Of a DNA stretch of 45,395 nucleotides, positions 1 through 8,336 are shown one piece after another; the first letter of the stretch is position 1; each line of letters begins with the position of its first letter. The DNA comes from Nitrospirae bacterium RBG_13_39_12 (lineage in GTDB: Bacteria; Nitrospirota; Thermodesulfovibrionia; Thermodesulfovibrionales; SM23-35). Below the pieces are notes generated by a model that saw only the letters and a program-made list of their open reading frames with translations, made no database searches and was not told the origin of the DNA. The stretch lies in the NCBI GenBank assembly GCA_001805125.1, contig MHEF01000121.1, positions 1,841-47,235 of the forward strand, read 5' to 3'. A program made the translations under genes and the position numbers.

Positions 1-310
1 TAAAGTCTTCAAAACCTTCCCAGGCATCCCCCATGGTATCGGAAAAGGAGAATGCGATGTTCAGTTTACCCTGGTGTACTCCTATCACATTAGCCGCACC
101 TCCCATGGGAACAGAAGAACCGGCCAGGTTAGGGCTCGCTTTCAGGACATCTTCGAGCATGGCATTGCCAAGTACTGCCCAGGTCCCACCCACAGGAGAC
201 GTTCCCCAACGAACATCGTACTTCTGAACTTGCCCGCTGGCATTCACAGATAACAGTGAAACCAAAGCCAATACAGATAAATAGACCAAAATCTCTCTTT
301 TCTTAAACAT
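1..310 (-). CDS. TAXI-family TRAP transporter solute-binding protein (N-terminal part; gene runs off the window start)
   Basis: Not in the ORF track because there is no stop in the window. My translation from ATG (complement of 308-310) is MFKKREILVYLSVLALVSLLSVNASGQVQKYDVRWGTSPVGGTWAVLGNAMLEDVLKASPNLAGSSVPMGGAANVIGVHQGKLNIAFSFSDTMGDAWEGFEDF. It has a signal peptide followed by a G-T-x-x-x-GG...GG-x-x-N pattern typical of TAXI receptors. A GGAGG RBS lies on the complement of 319-323. The gene sits immediately downstream of the TRAP fused permease. Confidence 0.7.
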   Translation of the reverse strand, partial: MFKKREILVYLSVLALVSLLSVNASGQVQKYDVRWGTSPVGGTWAVLGNAMLEDVLKASPNLAGSSVPMGGAANVIGVHQGKLNIAFSFSDTMGDAWEGFEDF

Positions 311-339
311 TTTTAGTTCCTCCTTTCAAAGTTTTTATT

Positions 340-2232
340 TTAGGCTACTTCCACTTTTCCCATCATTCGACGCCGCCCAAGGAGCTGGTTGATAATTAAG
401 AAGGCGCTGCCAACTCCACCCACCAGATCGAGAATTCCAAGCGGAAAGATCAAACAGATGGCTGAAATGGCGGCAATCACCCGCTCATAGATCTTCAATG
501 TACGTAATAAGTAACCTTCACCGGCAACTGCAATACACCAGACACCCACGCAGGCTGTCAATCCGTTTCCGAGAATTTTCCAGAGGCTCCCCACCCATAG
601 AAGCGACTGATCATAGGCAAACATAAAGGGGACAATGAATGCCACCAACGACATCTTCGTAGCTAACCAGCCCGTTTTCCATCCATCGGCATCCGCAAGG
701 CTCGCCGCAGTGTAAGCCGCAGAAGCATCCGGCGGCGTAATAAGAGCAAGACAGGCATAGTAGAAGGCAAACAGGTGTGCCACATAAATAGGCAATCCCA
801 ATTTCACTAAAGCCGGGATCACAGTGGTTACCTGGAGAATATATGCCGGCGTAGTCGGTAACCCCAGACCTAAGACAAACGCAATCACCATCCCCAGAAA
901 CAAACCGGCCAGCAAATTCCCCCCTGTAATGCTCATAAAGGCACTGCCAAACCTCTGGCTTAAGCCGGTGAGATCAAGTGTGCCGCAGAGAATACCAGCC
1001 GTGGCAGTGGAAACACAGACGATGAGCATCCCTTTTGCGCCGTCCTCCAGGGCAGCAAAGACAGAGGGCACGCTCAACCGGGTCGTTTTACGAAACTGGC
1101 TGGCAATGATGGCCGTGACCGTGCCCATGGCACCCGAAAGCCTGGGGGTGTAACCCATTACGAGAAAATAAAGGAGGACAGCAATGGGGATAAGCATATG
1201 ACCATAGTCAAGCAGGATAACCTTGAAAGTAAACTCGGGTTTTAAGCCTTTGAGCTTTAAACGCCGAGCTTCGAGATCGACATAGCAAAAAAGACTTAAG
1301 TAATAAAGGATCGCCGGGAAAGCGGCATAAAAACAGATCTTGGCATAAGGGATACCGGTAAAGGCGGCCATGACAAAAGCGGCAGCACCCATCACCGGAG
1401 GCATGATCTGCCCCCCACAGGAAGCCACAGCCTCTACCGCCGCTGCAAAAATCGGAGGGTAACCTGCCTTTTTCATCATGGGGATGGTGATGCTTCCAAT
1501 CGTGGCCACGTTTGCCGTAGCGCTACCGGAAATCATCCCCATAAGTGAACTGGCCACGACAGCCACTTTTGCAGGTCCACCCACGTAGCGACCTGCCACA
1601 CTGGTAGCGATATTACTAATCAGGAAGGAACCGCCACTCCGCATCAGGACAGATCCAAAGATGATAAACAACGCAATTTCGGTTGCAGAAACTCCTAAGG
1701 GAATTCCAAAAATTCCACCGAGGGAGAGATAGTTAAATTCGACCACTGAAACCCAGCCCACAGGAGCGGAATGCAATATACCAGGGAGGTAGGGACCGAT
1801 AAGGGGGTAAATTAGAAAAGCAACCCCTACATAGACTAACGCCGGATTGACCACCCGCTTTGCCCCTTCCAACACCAATAGGATGAGCAGAGTTCCCAGT
1901 AAATAATCGTACCAGCCTAACGGGCTCACCAGGGGAAATCGCCCCACTGTAATCCATTCATAACGCGCAAATAGGTAGCCGATCACAACGACGGTGGCTG
2001 CAATAGAGATGACATCGAGCTTCCCAATGGCTCGCCCCTTAGCGGTTTTCCCTGTTGTATAGACCAGAAAGACCAGGATCAAACCCAACCCTAAGTGAAC
2101 CGACCGCTGCATCAGGGCGTCGAAAGTTCCAAAGAGGGCCGTGTAGATGTGAAAAACGGCCATCGCAACGCCCACCACCGCTCCCATCCGTTGACTCACC
2201 GAGCGATCAAACCAGAACTGTTTCCAGGACAT
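340..2232 (-). CDS. TRAP transporter fused (DctQ-DctM type) permease, TAXI-associated
   Basis: 630-aa, very hydrophobic, multi-helix ORF of the size and architecture of TAXI-TRAP fused permeases. ATG 2232 lies 1 nt after the stop (2234-2236) of the Mo-subunit gene. It is followed by the TAXI receptor gene. Confidence 0.85.
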   Translation of the reverse strand: MSWKQFWFDRSVSQRMGAVVGVAMAVFHIYTALFGTFDALMQRSVHLGLGLILVFLVYTTGKTAKGRAIGKLDVISIAATVVVIGYLFARYEWITVGRFPLVSPLGWYDYLLGTLLILLVLEGAKRVVNPALVYVGVAFLIYPLIGPYLPGILHSAPVGWVSVVEFNYLSLGGIFGIPLGVSATEIALFIIFGSVLMRSGGSFLISNIATSVAGRYVGGPAKVAVVASSLMGMISGSATANVATIGSITIPMMKKAGYPPIFAAAVEAVASCGGQIMPPVMGAAAFVMAAFTGIPYAKICFYAAFPAILYYLSLFCYVDLEARRLKLKGLKPEFTFKVILLDYGHMLIPIAVLLYFLVMGYTPRLSGAMGTVTAIIASQFRKTTRLSVPSVFAALEDGAKGMLIVCVSTATAGILCGTLDLTGLSQRFGSAFMSITGGNLLAGLFLGMVIAFVLGLGLPTTPAYILQVTTVIPALVKLGLPIYVAHLFAFYYACLALITPPDASAAYTAASLADADGWKTGWLATKMSLVAFIVPFMFAYDQSLLWVGSLWKILGNGLTACVGVWCIAVAGEGYLLRTLKIYERVIAAISAICLIFPLGILDLVGGVGSAFLIINQLLGRRRMMGKVEVA

Positions 2233-2233
2233 C

Positions 2234-4489
2234 TCAATACTTCTCCTTTAAGAGCTTCCAAAGGCTTTCCGAAGTTACAGGAATTTCTTTCGCACGAACT
2301 CCTGCGGCTGTAGCAATCGCGTTTAGAATCGCAGGTGCGGTTGGAAGCAGTGCCGGCTCACCAACCCCCTTTGCTCCAAATGGACCTGTTGGTTCCTCAG
2401 TTTCTACAAGCAATGAAGTGACTTCAGGAAAATCTAAAGCCGTAGGGATGAAGTACTCACTGAAACGGGGATTCTGTATTACTCCGTCCTTCAATATCAC
2501 CTCCTCCATTAAGCCGTAGCCCAATCCCATTGAGACCCCTCCCTCTATCTGGCCTTCCACATTGATCGGGTTTCCTGCCTTTCCCACATCATGACAGGCT
2601 ACGATATCGAGGACTTCAACTTCTCCTGAGTCCATATCTACGGAAACTAATGCACCCTGGGTGGCAAAAGCGTAGGTTGCATAGGGATTTCCCTGCCCTG
2701 TCTTCATATCAAGGGAGGTTGTCTCAGGACTGAAAGTGCCCTCTCCCACTGGTGAAACCCCTTCTTTCTTCATTTTTTTGACTACTTCTACGATCGATAT
2801 CTTCTGATGAGGAGCCTCTTGAGGGTAGAAGAAGCCATGGTCAAGGACAAGGTCTTCTTTGGGAGCCCCGATCATCGAGGCCGCAGTTTCCTGGAGTAGG
2901 CTCCGAAGATTTTCGGCAGCCATCTGGACCGATCGACCAACGATATAGGTAACTCGGCTTGCTGTCGAGGTTCCCGAATCTGGACAAAGATCTGTGTCTC
3001 CAATCACCCATTTAATCTGTTCTACCTCGGAGTTCATTACCTCTGCCACAATCTGGGTCATCACGGTTGCAGAACCCTGTCCCACGTCTCCACAACCCAT
3101 ATAGAGCGTGAAATCTCCTGATTCGTTCGCTTCAATCCGAGAAAATCCGGGGTTCGGAAGTCCTGTTAAACCAATCCCGTAAAACATGGTCGCTATTCCC
3201 CACCCATATCGCTTGGAACCAAAAGAGATGGGCACGCCTCGCCTTGTTATCTCCTCCTTCACCCTCTCGATCGTTTCCTTATAGCCCACAGAGACATTGA
3301 GACTTTGACCCGTCGCAGTTAGCGATCCGGGCTTCATCCCGTTTTTCAAGCGGATCTCAAAGGGGTTCATTTTAAGAATTTCAGCAAGGATATCCATCTG
3401 GGATTCGTGGGCCACCACGACCTGAGGAACACCAAACCCCCGCATGGCTCCAGCAACTGGATTATTGGTATAGACCGCTCTTGCCCTCACATACACATTC
3501 GGGATTTCATAGGGGCCAGCGGCATGAACGAGACCCCGTACAAGAATCGAGGGACCATAAGAGGAATAGGCTCCTGTGTCTGCGATGATCTCCACTTTCG
3601 CGGCAAGGATTCGGCCATCCCTCGTGGCACCCGTGGTATAATGGATCAAAAAGGGATGACGCTTTGTGGAAGCAATGAAGGATTCCTCTCGATCATAAAC
3701 CATTTTGCATGGCCGCCCGGTCTTAAGGCTCGCGAGAGCCACGTAGTATCCAGGAGCCAGACACTGCTTATCACCAAAAGAACCGCCGATCGTCGTGAGG
3801 ATGACCCTCACTTTTTCGGGAGGAAGGCCGACAACCCCGGCCATCTCTTTGTGATCGAAATGGGCGTGTTTACTGGGCATCCAGACCGTGATCTTACCAT
3901 CTTCATATTTTGCAACACCCGCCTCTGGTTCGAGGTAGCCATGTTCAACCATCTGTGTACGATAAGTGTTCGTTATCACCACGTCCGCTTCTTTTATTGC
4001 CTGATCAGGATCTCCTCTCAAGAGCACCCTTTCGAGAAGGACATTTCCTGACTCGTGAATCTTTATGGCTTCGGGAATAAGCGCCTCCTCAGGTGAAAAA
4101 ATTCCGGGCAGGTCTTCATAATCAACCCGAATCAGAGAAGTAGCCTCTTCAGCTACTTTCTCGGTTTCTGCCGCAACCATCGCCACCGGGTCCCCAATAT
4201 AACGAACCTTGTCATCACATAGAACGGGCTGATCCTTATTTCTGGGACCCACTCGATTCGTTCCAGGAATATCCTTATGAGTAAACACTGCCACCACACC
4301 AGGATGGGTCTCTGCCTTTTCCGTATCAATCCTTAATATCCTGGCATGAGGTCGATCGCTCCGTAGAATCTTAAGGTGAACCATACCAGGAAAGAAAAGA
4401 TCTCCGGCATAGAGAGCCCTCCCGGCCAATTTATCAGGGGCATCCACCCTTAGAATGGACTGGCCAAAAGTCTGAAAGGGCTTAGCCAT
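2234..4489 (-). CDS. Xanthine dehydrogenase/CO dehydrogenase-family molybdopterin-binding large subunit
   Basis: 751 aa. Family motifs are visible: TTIGGSFGDK (GG-x-FG-x-K), AMRGFGVPQ, and C-terminal GAKGVGEPALLPTAPAILNAI (catalytic Glu of G-E-P). ATG 4489 overlaps the stop of the upstream zinc-ribbon ORF by 8 nt (ATGGCTAA). Confidence 0.9.
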   Translation of the reverse strand: MAKPFQTFGQSILRVDAPDKLAGRALYAGDLFFPGMVHLKILRSDRPHARILRIDTEKAETHPGVVAVFTHKDIPGTNRVGPRNKDQPVLCDDKVRYIGDPVAMVAAETEKVAEEATSLIRVDYEDLPGIFSPEEALIPEAIKIHESGNVLLERVLLRGDPDQAIKEADVVITNTYRTQMVEHGYLEPEAGVAKYEDGKITVWMPSKHAHFDHKEMAGVVGLPPEKVRVILTTIGGSFGDKQCLAPGYYVALASLKTGRPCKMVYDREESFIASTKRHPFLIHYTTGATRDGRILAAKVEIIADTGAYSSYGPSILVRGLVHAAGPYEIPNVYVRARAVYTNNPVAGAMRGFGVPQVVVAHESQMDILAEILKMNPFEIRLKNGMKPGSLTATGQSLNVSVGYKETIERVKEEITRRGVPISFGSKRYGWGIATMFYGIGLTGLPNPGFSRIEANESGDFTLYMGCGDVGQGSATVMTQIVAEVMNSEVEQIKWVIGDTDLCPDSGTSTASRVTYIVGRSVQMAAENLRSLLQETAASMIGAPKEDLVLDHGFFYPQEAPHQKISIVEVVKKMKKEGVSPVGEGTFSPETTSLDMKTGQGNPYATYAFATQGALVSVDMDSGEVEVLDIVACHDVGKAGNPINVEGQIEGGVSMGLGYGLMEEVILKDGVIQNPRFSEYFIPTALDFPEVTSLLVETEEPTGPFGAKGVGEPALLPTAPAILNAIATAAGVRAKEIPVTSESLWKLLKEKY

Positions 4490-4718
4490 CTTTCTCCTCT
4501 TGGGGTTCGTAGATCATCTCGGGTCTGATCCCGCCTTTGATCTGGGCCACGGCTGAGGTCCCACTTCCTCCCATATAGATTCCCGGGCTCTCTTTCTTGT
4601 AAAAATAATGGCCGCAGTAAGGGCAATGGAGTCTCACTTCCAGCTCAAAGAGGATGAGATCACAATAGTAAACCTTTTTACAATCCGGACAAGTGACATT
4701 AAAGATATCCATCTTCAC
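4482..4718 (-). CDS. Small zinc-ribbon protein, possible VdcD/BsdD-like accessory subunit of the UbiD-type enzyme
   Basis: 78 aa with two CxxC pairs (CPDC ... CPYC). It is translationally coupled on both sides: GTG 4718 overlaps the UbiD stop as GTGA, and an alternative ATG lies at 4712. Its position directly after a UbiD gene mirrors the vdcC-vdcD / bsdC-bsdD arrangement. Confidence 0.5.
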   Translation of the reverse strand: MKMDIFNVTCPDCKKVYYCDLILFELEVRLHCPYCGHYFYKKESPGIYMGGSGTSAVAQIKGGIRPEMIYEPQEEKDG

Positions 4719-6109
4719 CTCTGCTTGATATAATCTTCGAGTCTTATTTTTTCTAAAACGTCTCGCGGAACTTCCCCGCGCTTTGGAAAAGGCCGATCAA
4801 TAGGTTTTGTGGCATCGATGATCATTCCATCCGACCGGATTTCGTGACGGAGAGAAGGGTCAAGGACATGACCCTGAAGTCCTTTTAGAATGACGACGTT
4901 CTCACTCGCCTGAACCCTCGTGGCCACTGCCCACATCACCTCCTGGAGGTTGGCCGGGTTGATATCATCATCCACAACGATCACATGTTTCAGAAAATTG
5001 GAAGCAGCGAGGGCTGCCATGGCCGCCCTTAAAGGTTGCCCCTCCATGGTCTTTTTTAGACTGATGATCAGATTGAAAGGGCCTCCAGAACCGATCCAAC
5101 AGGTCTCTTTCACCGAAGGAACAGCCTTTTTCACCTCACCATAAATCGAAGCCTCGATCGGGAGATGGGCGTTGAGATGCTCTGTCTTGCAAGGAAAGAT
5201 GTCGATTAAAATGGCATCCTGCCGATAGGTGATGGCCTTCGCCTCAAAAAGACAGGCAAGCCTCTGAGAACCACTATAACCTGTGAATTCCCCGAACGGA
5301 CCCTCCACCACCCTCCTCCCAACATGAATCTCACCCTCAATCACCATCTCCGAGTCCGCAGGAACCAGAAGGTCCTCTCCATAAAACTCCGAGGGAACGA
5401 TCCGCAAAGGCTCCCCTAACACCCCTCCGGCTGCATCATACTCATCCTGATCAAGAGGGGTAAGCAATGCACCCGTAATGTGAAATGCAGGATGATGCCC
5501 CAAGACCACACCCATAGGAATATTTTTACCCTCCGACTCCGCCCTCGAAAAATAAGACCAGAGATGACGAGGAGACATATAGATCCCAAGATGTCTTGCG
5601 TCGAGGTACATCATCCGATTCCAGGAAACATTGTAACGCTTCCCTCCCGGTTCTTTCGATACAATGATGGGCGTGAGGTAGGGACCTCCATCCATATCCA
5701 CATGGCGGACAATAGGAAGTTCCCTCAAATCCAAGGTTTCGTCCCTTTTCACAACCTGTTTCACCGGAGCCTCTTCTTTCGAAATCTGTAAAGGCTTAAT
5801 CGCCTTTGTCTGTCGCTCAAGCATCTTTTCGATGATCTCGATTCGTTTACCTTTCGGAATGTCTAAGGCAGCTCCGATCTTTGGAAGTGTCCCGAACGTA
5901 TTTATCAAAATCTTGAAAGGACTTAATTTCCCCTTGATATCTTTCACCCGTTCAAACAGAACTGCCTCAAACCTTCCCTGACATTCCATCTGATGAAGGA
6001 CCGCCGTCACCTCGAAGGCCAATGGGTCCACTTCTTTAGATACATAAACCAGTTCATCCGGAATTTCCTGTTCAATCTTCTTTAGCCAATACCTCAGATC
6101 TTTAACCAA
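4715..6109 (-). CDS. UbiD-family (prFMN-dependent) aromatic (de)carboxylase
   Basis: 464 aa. It has a UbiD-like N-terminus (VKDLRYWL) and the hallmark EGPFGEFTGYSG motif (compare EGPFGDHTGYY in UbiD). The TTG start at 6109 is preceded by GGGGAGAG and overlaps the 2Fe-2S subunit stop by 8 nt. Confidence 0.9.
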   Translation of the reverse strand: MVKDLRYWLKKIEQEIPDELVYVSKEVDPLAFEVTAVLHQMECQGRFEAVLFERVKDIKGKLSPFKILINTFGTLPKIGAALDIPKGKRIEIIEKMLERQTKAIKPLQISKEEAPVKQVVKRDETLDLRELPIVRHVDMDGGPYLTPIIVSKEPGGKRYNVSWNRMMYLDARHLGIYMSPRHLWSYFSRAESEGKNIPMGVVLGHHPAFHITGALLTPLDQDEYDAAGGVLGEPLRIVPSEFYGEDLLVPADSEMVIEGEIHVGRRVVEGPFGEFTGYSGSQRLACLFEAKAITYRQDAILIDIFPCKTEHLNAHLPIEASIYGEVKKAVPSVKETCWIGSGGPFNLIISLKKTMEGQPLRAAMAALAASNFLKHVIVVDDDINPANLQEVMWAVATRVQASENVVILKGLQGHVLDPSLRHEIRSDGMIIDATKPIDRPFPKRGEVPRDVLEKIRLEDYIKQR

Positions 6110-6605
6110 GTGACTCTCCCCTTTCCTTTCGCATCTTATCCGAAGCTAACCGAATGGCTCGAATGATCTTTATATAGCCTGTGCAGCGGCAGAGGTTTCC
6201 TGAAATGGCCTCCTTCACTTCCTCAATGAGGGGTTCAGGATTTTCATCGAGGAGGACTTTTGCCGAAAGCAACATTCCTGGCGTGCAATAACCGCATTGC
6301 ACAGCCCCCACTTCCCAGAAGGCCTGTTGAAGAGGGTGTAGTTTGTCTTTCTCTGCCAATCCCTCCACTGTCAAGATCTCTGCCCCATCTGCCTTCAAAG
6401 CAGGAATGAGGCAGGCGAGCACTGCCTTTCCATTCATAACAATGGTACACGCCCCGCATTCTCCCTCTCCGCATCCCTTCTTTGTTCCAGTGAGCCCCAA
6501 ATCTTCACGTAAAAGATTGAGGAGCATACGATCGGGTGAGACAGATAGGGTATATTCAAACCTGTTCACCCTTATTTTAATTGGTTTTTTACTTCCATCT
6601 TCCAT
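6102..6605 (-). CDS. (2Fe-2S)-binding small subunit of the molybdenum hydroxylase
   Basis: 167 aa. It carries the plant-ferredoxin-type motif CGEGECGACT plus second-cluster motifs CGYCTPG and CRCTGY, as in CoxS/XdhA-N type subunits. Confidence 0.9.
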   Translation of the reverse strand: MEDGSKKPIKIRVNRFEYTLSVSPDRMLLNLLREDLGLTGTKKGCGEGECGACTIVMNGKAVLACLIPALKADGAEILTVEGLAEKDKLHPLQQAFWEVGAVQCGYCTPGMLLSAKVLLDENPEPLIEEVKEAISGNLCRCTGYIKIIRAIRLASDKMRKERGESLG

Positions 6606-6639
6606 TTGATCACCTTGACCTGTATCAGCATTTTATGAC

Positions 6640-7287
6640 TTAACCCAGAATCTCTTCAAATATCTTTTTCCGATCCCATTTCAACCAAGTTTCTATGGAT
6701 ACTTTGTCAAATTCCTGAAAGTATTTCGGGGACTGGAATGTATATTTTTGGGAGTATTCTTTAACCACACTCCCTATCTCCTTCATGATCTCAGGTTTTA
6801 CTTTTAAAGTAACCTTTTTACCTTTATACATAAAGATCGCCACTGGTTGATTGAGAGGGGCTACCGTGATGGCTCCTCGACCCAAGCTCGCTCCTGTCGA
6901 TACCTGAATCCCATCGTTCAGACAGCTCAAGGGTTGGATATATCCGGAAAAGGAGATTACATCTAATTCATCAAAGGGCGCCTCTAAGATCTCCCTCGCT
7001 CTAACTCCCATCTTCGCCCCAACGATAGACAACATTCCCAGGTGCCGGTGAAGTTCATTGGTCAAGAGGCAGGCTTTCCACTCCTCCCTGCCATGCTGTT
7101 CAATTATTTTTTTTACATAGGGCTGCAGATCCCCTTTGAATAGCGCAGGATCGGTTGGAAATTCTTTCAAACAAACCGTTTCGCGTGGGCTCAGACCATG
7201 TTCAACGTCGGCGCTTAAAAATCGAAGTAAACAGAAGGTTAATCCTACACATAAAATGAATACTACCGCAAATCTTTTTCGTAACAT
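6640..7287 (-). CDS. FmdE-family-like protein with N-terminal signal peptide/membrane anchor
   Basis: The track ORF 6640-7359 is trimmed to ATG 7287, which has a strong AAGGAGG RBS upstream. After MLRKRFAVVFILCVGLTFCLL the sequence follows the FmdE pattern: HRHLGMLSIVGAKMG ... C-LNDGIQVSTGASLGRG ... VAIFMYKGKKVTLKV (compare fHGHlCPG..G ... C.vDaiQv.TGCT.GKgnl...GK.a.tf). Confidence 0.5.
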   Translation of the reverse strand: MLRKRFAVVFILCVGLTFCLLRFLSADVEHGLSPRETVCLKEFPTDPALFKGDLQPYVKKIIEQHGREEWKACLLTNELHRHLGMLSIVGAKMGVRAREILEAPFDELDVISFSGYIQPLSCLNDGIQVSTGASLGRGAITVAPLNQPVAIFMYKGKKVTLKVKPEIMKEIGSVVKEYSQKYTFQSPKYFQEFDKVSIETWLKWDRKKIFEEILG

Positions 7288-7371
7288 ATTTTCCTCCTTT
7301 TTTGTGACATCGCATAGGCTGGATGTCCGGTTATTTTGATTTCCCGCTTCAAAACCCAATAAAAATAAAGG

Positions 7372-8250
7372 TCACTTCTTTCCCTTTGCTTCCTCCAATA
7401 CCTTTTCGATGGTGCGTATTAAATTGACCCTTACCATCTCCTTTCTATAGAAGGCGCTTCCACGAAGGCTATCTCTTGGGCTGGCTTCCTCCGAAGCAAT
7501 CCGGCAAGCTTCGAGAAGGCTCTCAGGAGAAACCTCATTCGCTTCCAGATAGGTCTCTGAGTTTTTTGGCCGGAAGGGTTTCTTTGCAACAGGTCCAATG
7601 GCTATTCTTGCCTTTTCAATTCGCTTCTTCGAAGGGTTAAAGACAATGGCAACTGCTCCATTCAAAATAGGGAGGGCAAGGGTTTTTCGCCTTGCCATCC
7701 GGAAGAAACCTGTCGCACCATATTCTCCTAATTTCCGAAACCTTACTTCCTTCACCACCTCCTTTCTCGCATCAACGGCTGAAATGCCTACTCCTTGATA
7801 AGCCTCCTCCAAGGCGATCCAACGCTCTCCACTCTTTGAGACCACTTTTATCTCTGCCTCAAGAACCATCAATGGAATTGCACCATCACCTGCAGGTTGG
7901 GCACTGATCACATTTCCAACCAATGTCGCCATATTCCGGATCTGGGGAGAACCCACATGGCCACAACCTTTTGCGAGGGCTTCTGCTTCTCTTCGGATGA
8001 GAGCACTTCGGGCCACCTCGGCATGGGTTACTCCGGCTCCTATCCGAATCCAACCGTCCTCCTCCTGGATCTGTTTTAACTCATCTATCCCGGTGATATC
8101 GACAAGAAGATCGACCCTATGCTCACCCCGTTTCAGTTGCAGGATGAGGTCTGTCCCACCAGCGATCACGCGGCCCTTCCCCTCAGCCCCCTCTAAAAGT
8201 ATCAGAGCCTCAGAAAGATCTTTCGGTTTTTTGTAAGCAATCCATTCCAT
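7372..8250 (-). CDS. FAD-binding medium subunit of the molybdenum hydroxylase (CoxM/XdhB type)
   Basis: It has the AGGTDLILQLK motif, TLVGNV, and a CO-dehydrogenase-flavoprotein-like C-terminus. The track start 8322 is a TTG. ATG 8250 (MEWIAYKKPKDL) gives the usual protein length. Confidence 0.85.
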   Translation of the reverse strand: MEWIAYKKPKDLSEALILLEGAEGKGRVIAGGTDLILQLKRGEHRVDLLVDITGIDELKQIQEEDGWIRIGAGVTHAEVARSALIRREAEALAKGCGHVGSPQIRNMATLVGNVISAQPAGDGAIPLMVLEAEIKVVSKSGERWIALEEAYQGVGISAVDARKEVVKEVRFRKLGEYGATGFFRMARRKTLALPILNGAVAIVFNPSKKRIEKARIAIGPVAKKPFRPKNSETYLEANEVSPESLLEACRIASEEASPRDSLRGSAFYRKEMVRVNLIRTIEKVLEEAKGKK

Positions 8251-8336
8251 AACTGGGAATATACTTTCCAATTTCTGAGGTAACCGGACTAATACAAACG
8301 CATTATATCTTTTGTAGGGCAACCCTTAAGGGTGGC

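Noticed and set aside
33-227. 64-aa plus-strand ORF at the window start
   Set aside because: It lies antisense within the reading frame that I translate as a TAXI-family TRAP receptor (minus strand, ATG at 310). It has no RBS and its composition is Pro/Ala/Ser-rich shadow-ORF-like.
824-2519. Track ORFs 824-1153(+), 1733-1957(-), 2055-2519(+), 2095-2313(+)
   Set aside because: All are embedded in or antisense to the TRAP permease and Mo-subunit genes, which have clear family signatures. These are typical GC-rich shadow ORFs.
3407-4051. 214-aa plus-strand ORF
   Set aside because: It is entirely antisense to the Mo-pterin subunit CDS and has no recognisable motifs.
2234-8250. Assigning the Mo enzyme as 4-hydroxybenzoyl-CoA reductase (HcrABC)
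   Set aside because: The FAD subunit shows no Cys-rich insertion for the extra [4Fe-4S] cluster characteristic of HcrB, and there is no CoA ligase nearby. Substrate identity cannot be decided from the sequence by eye.
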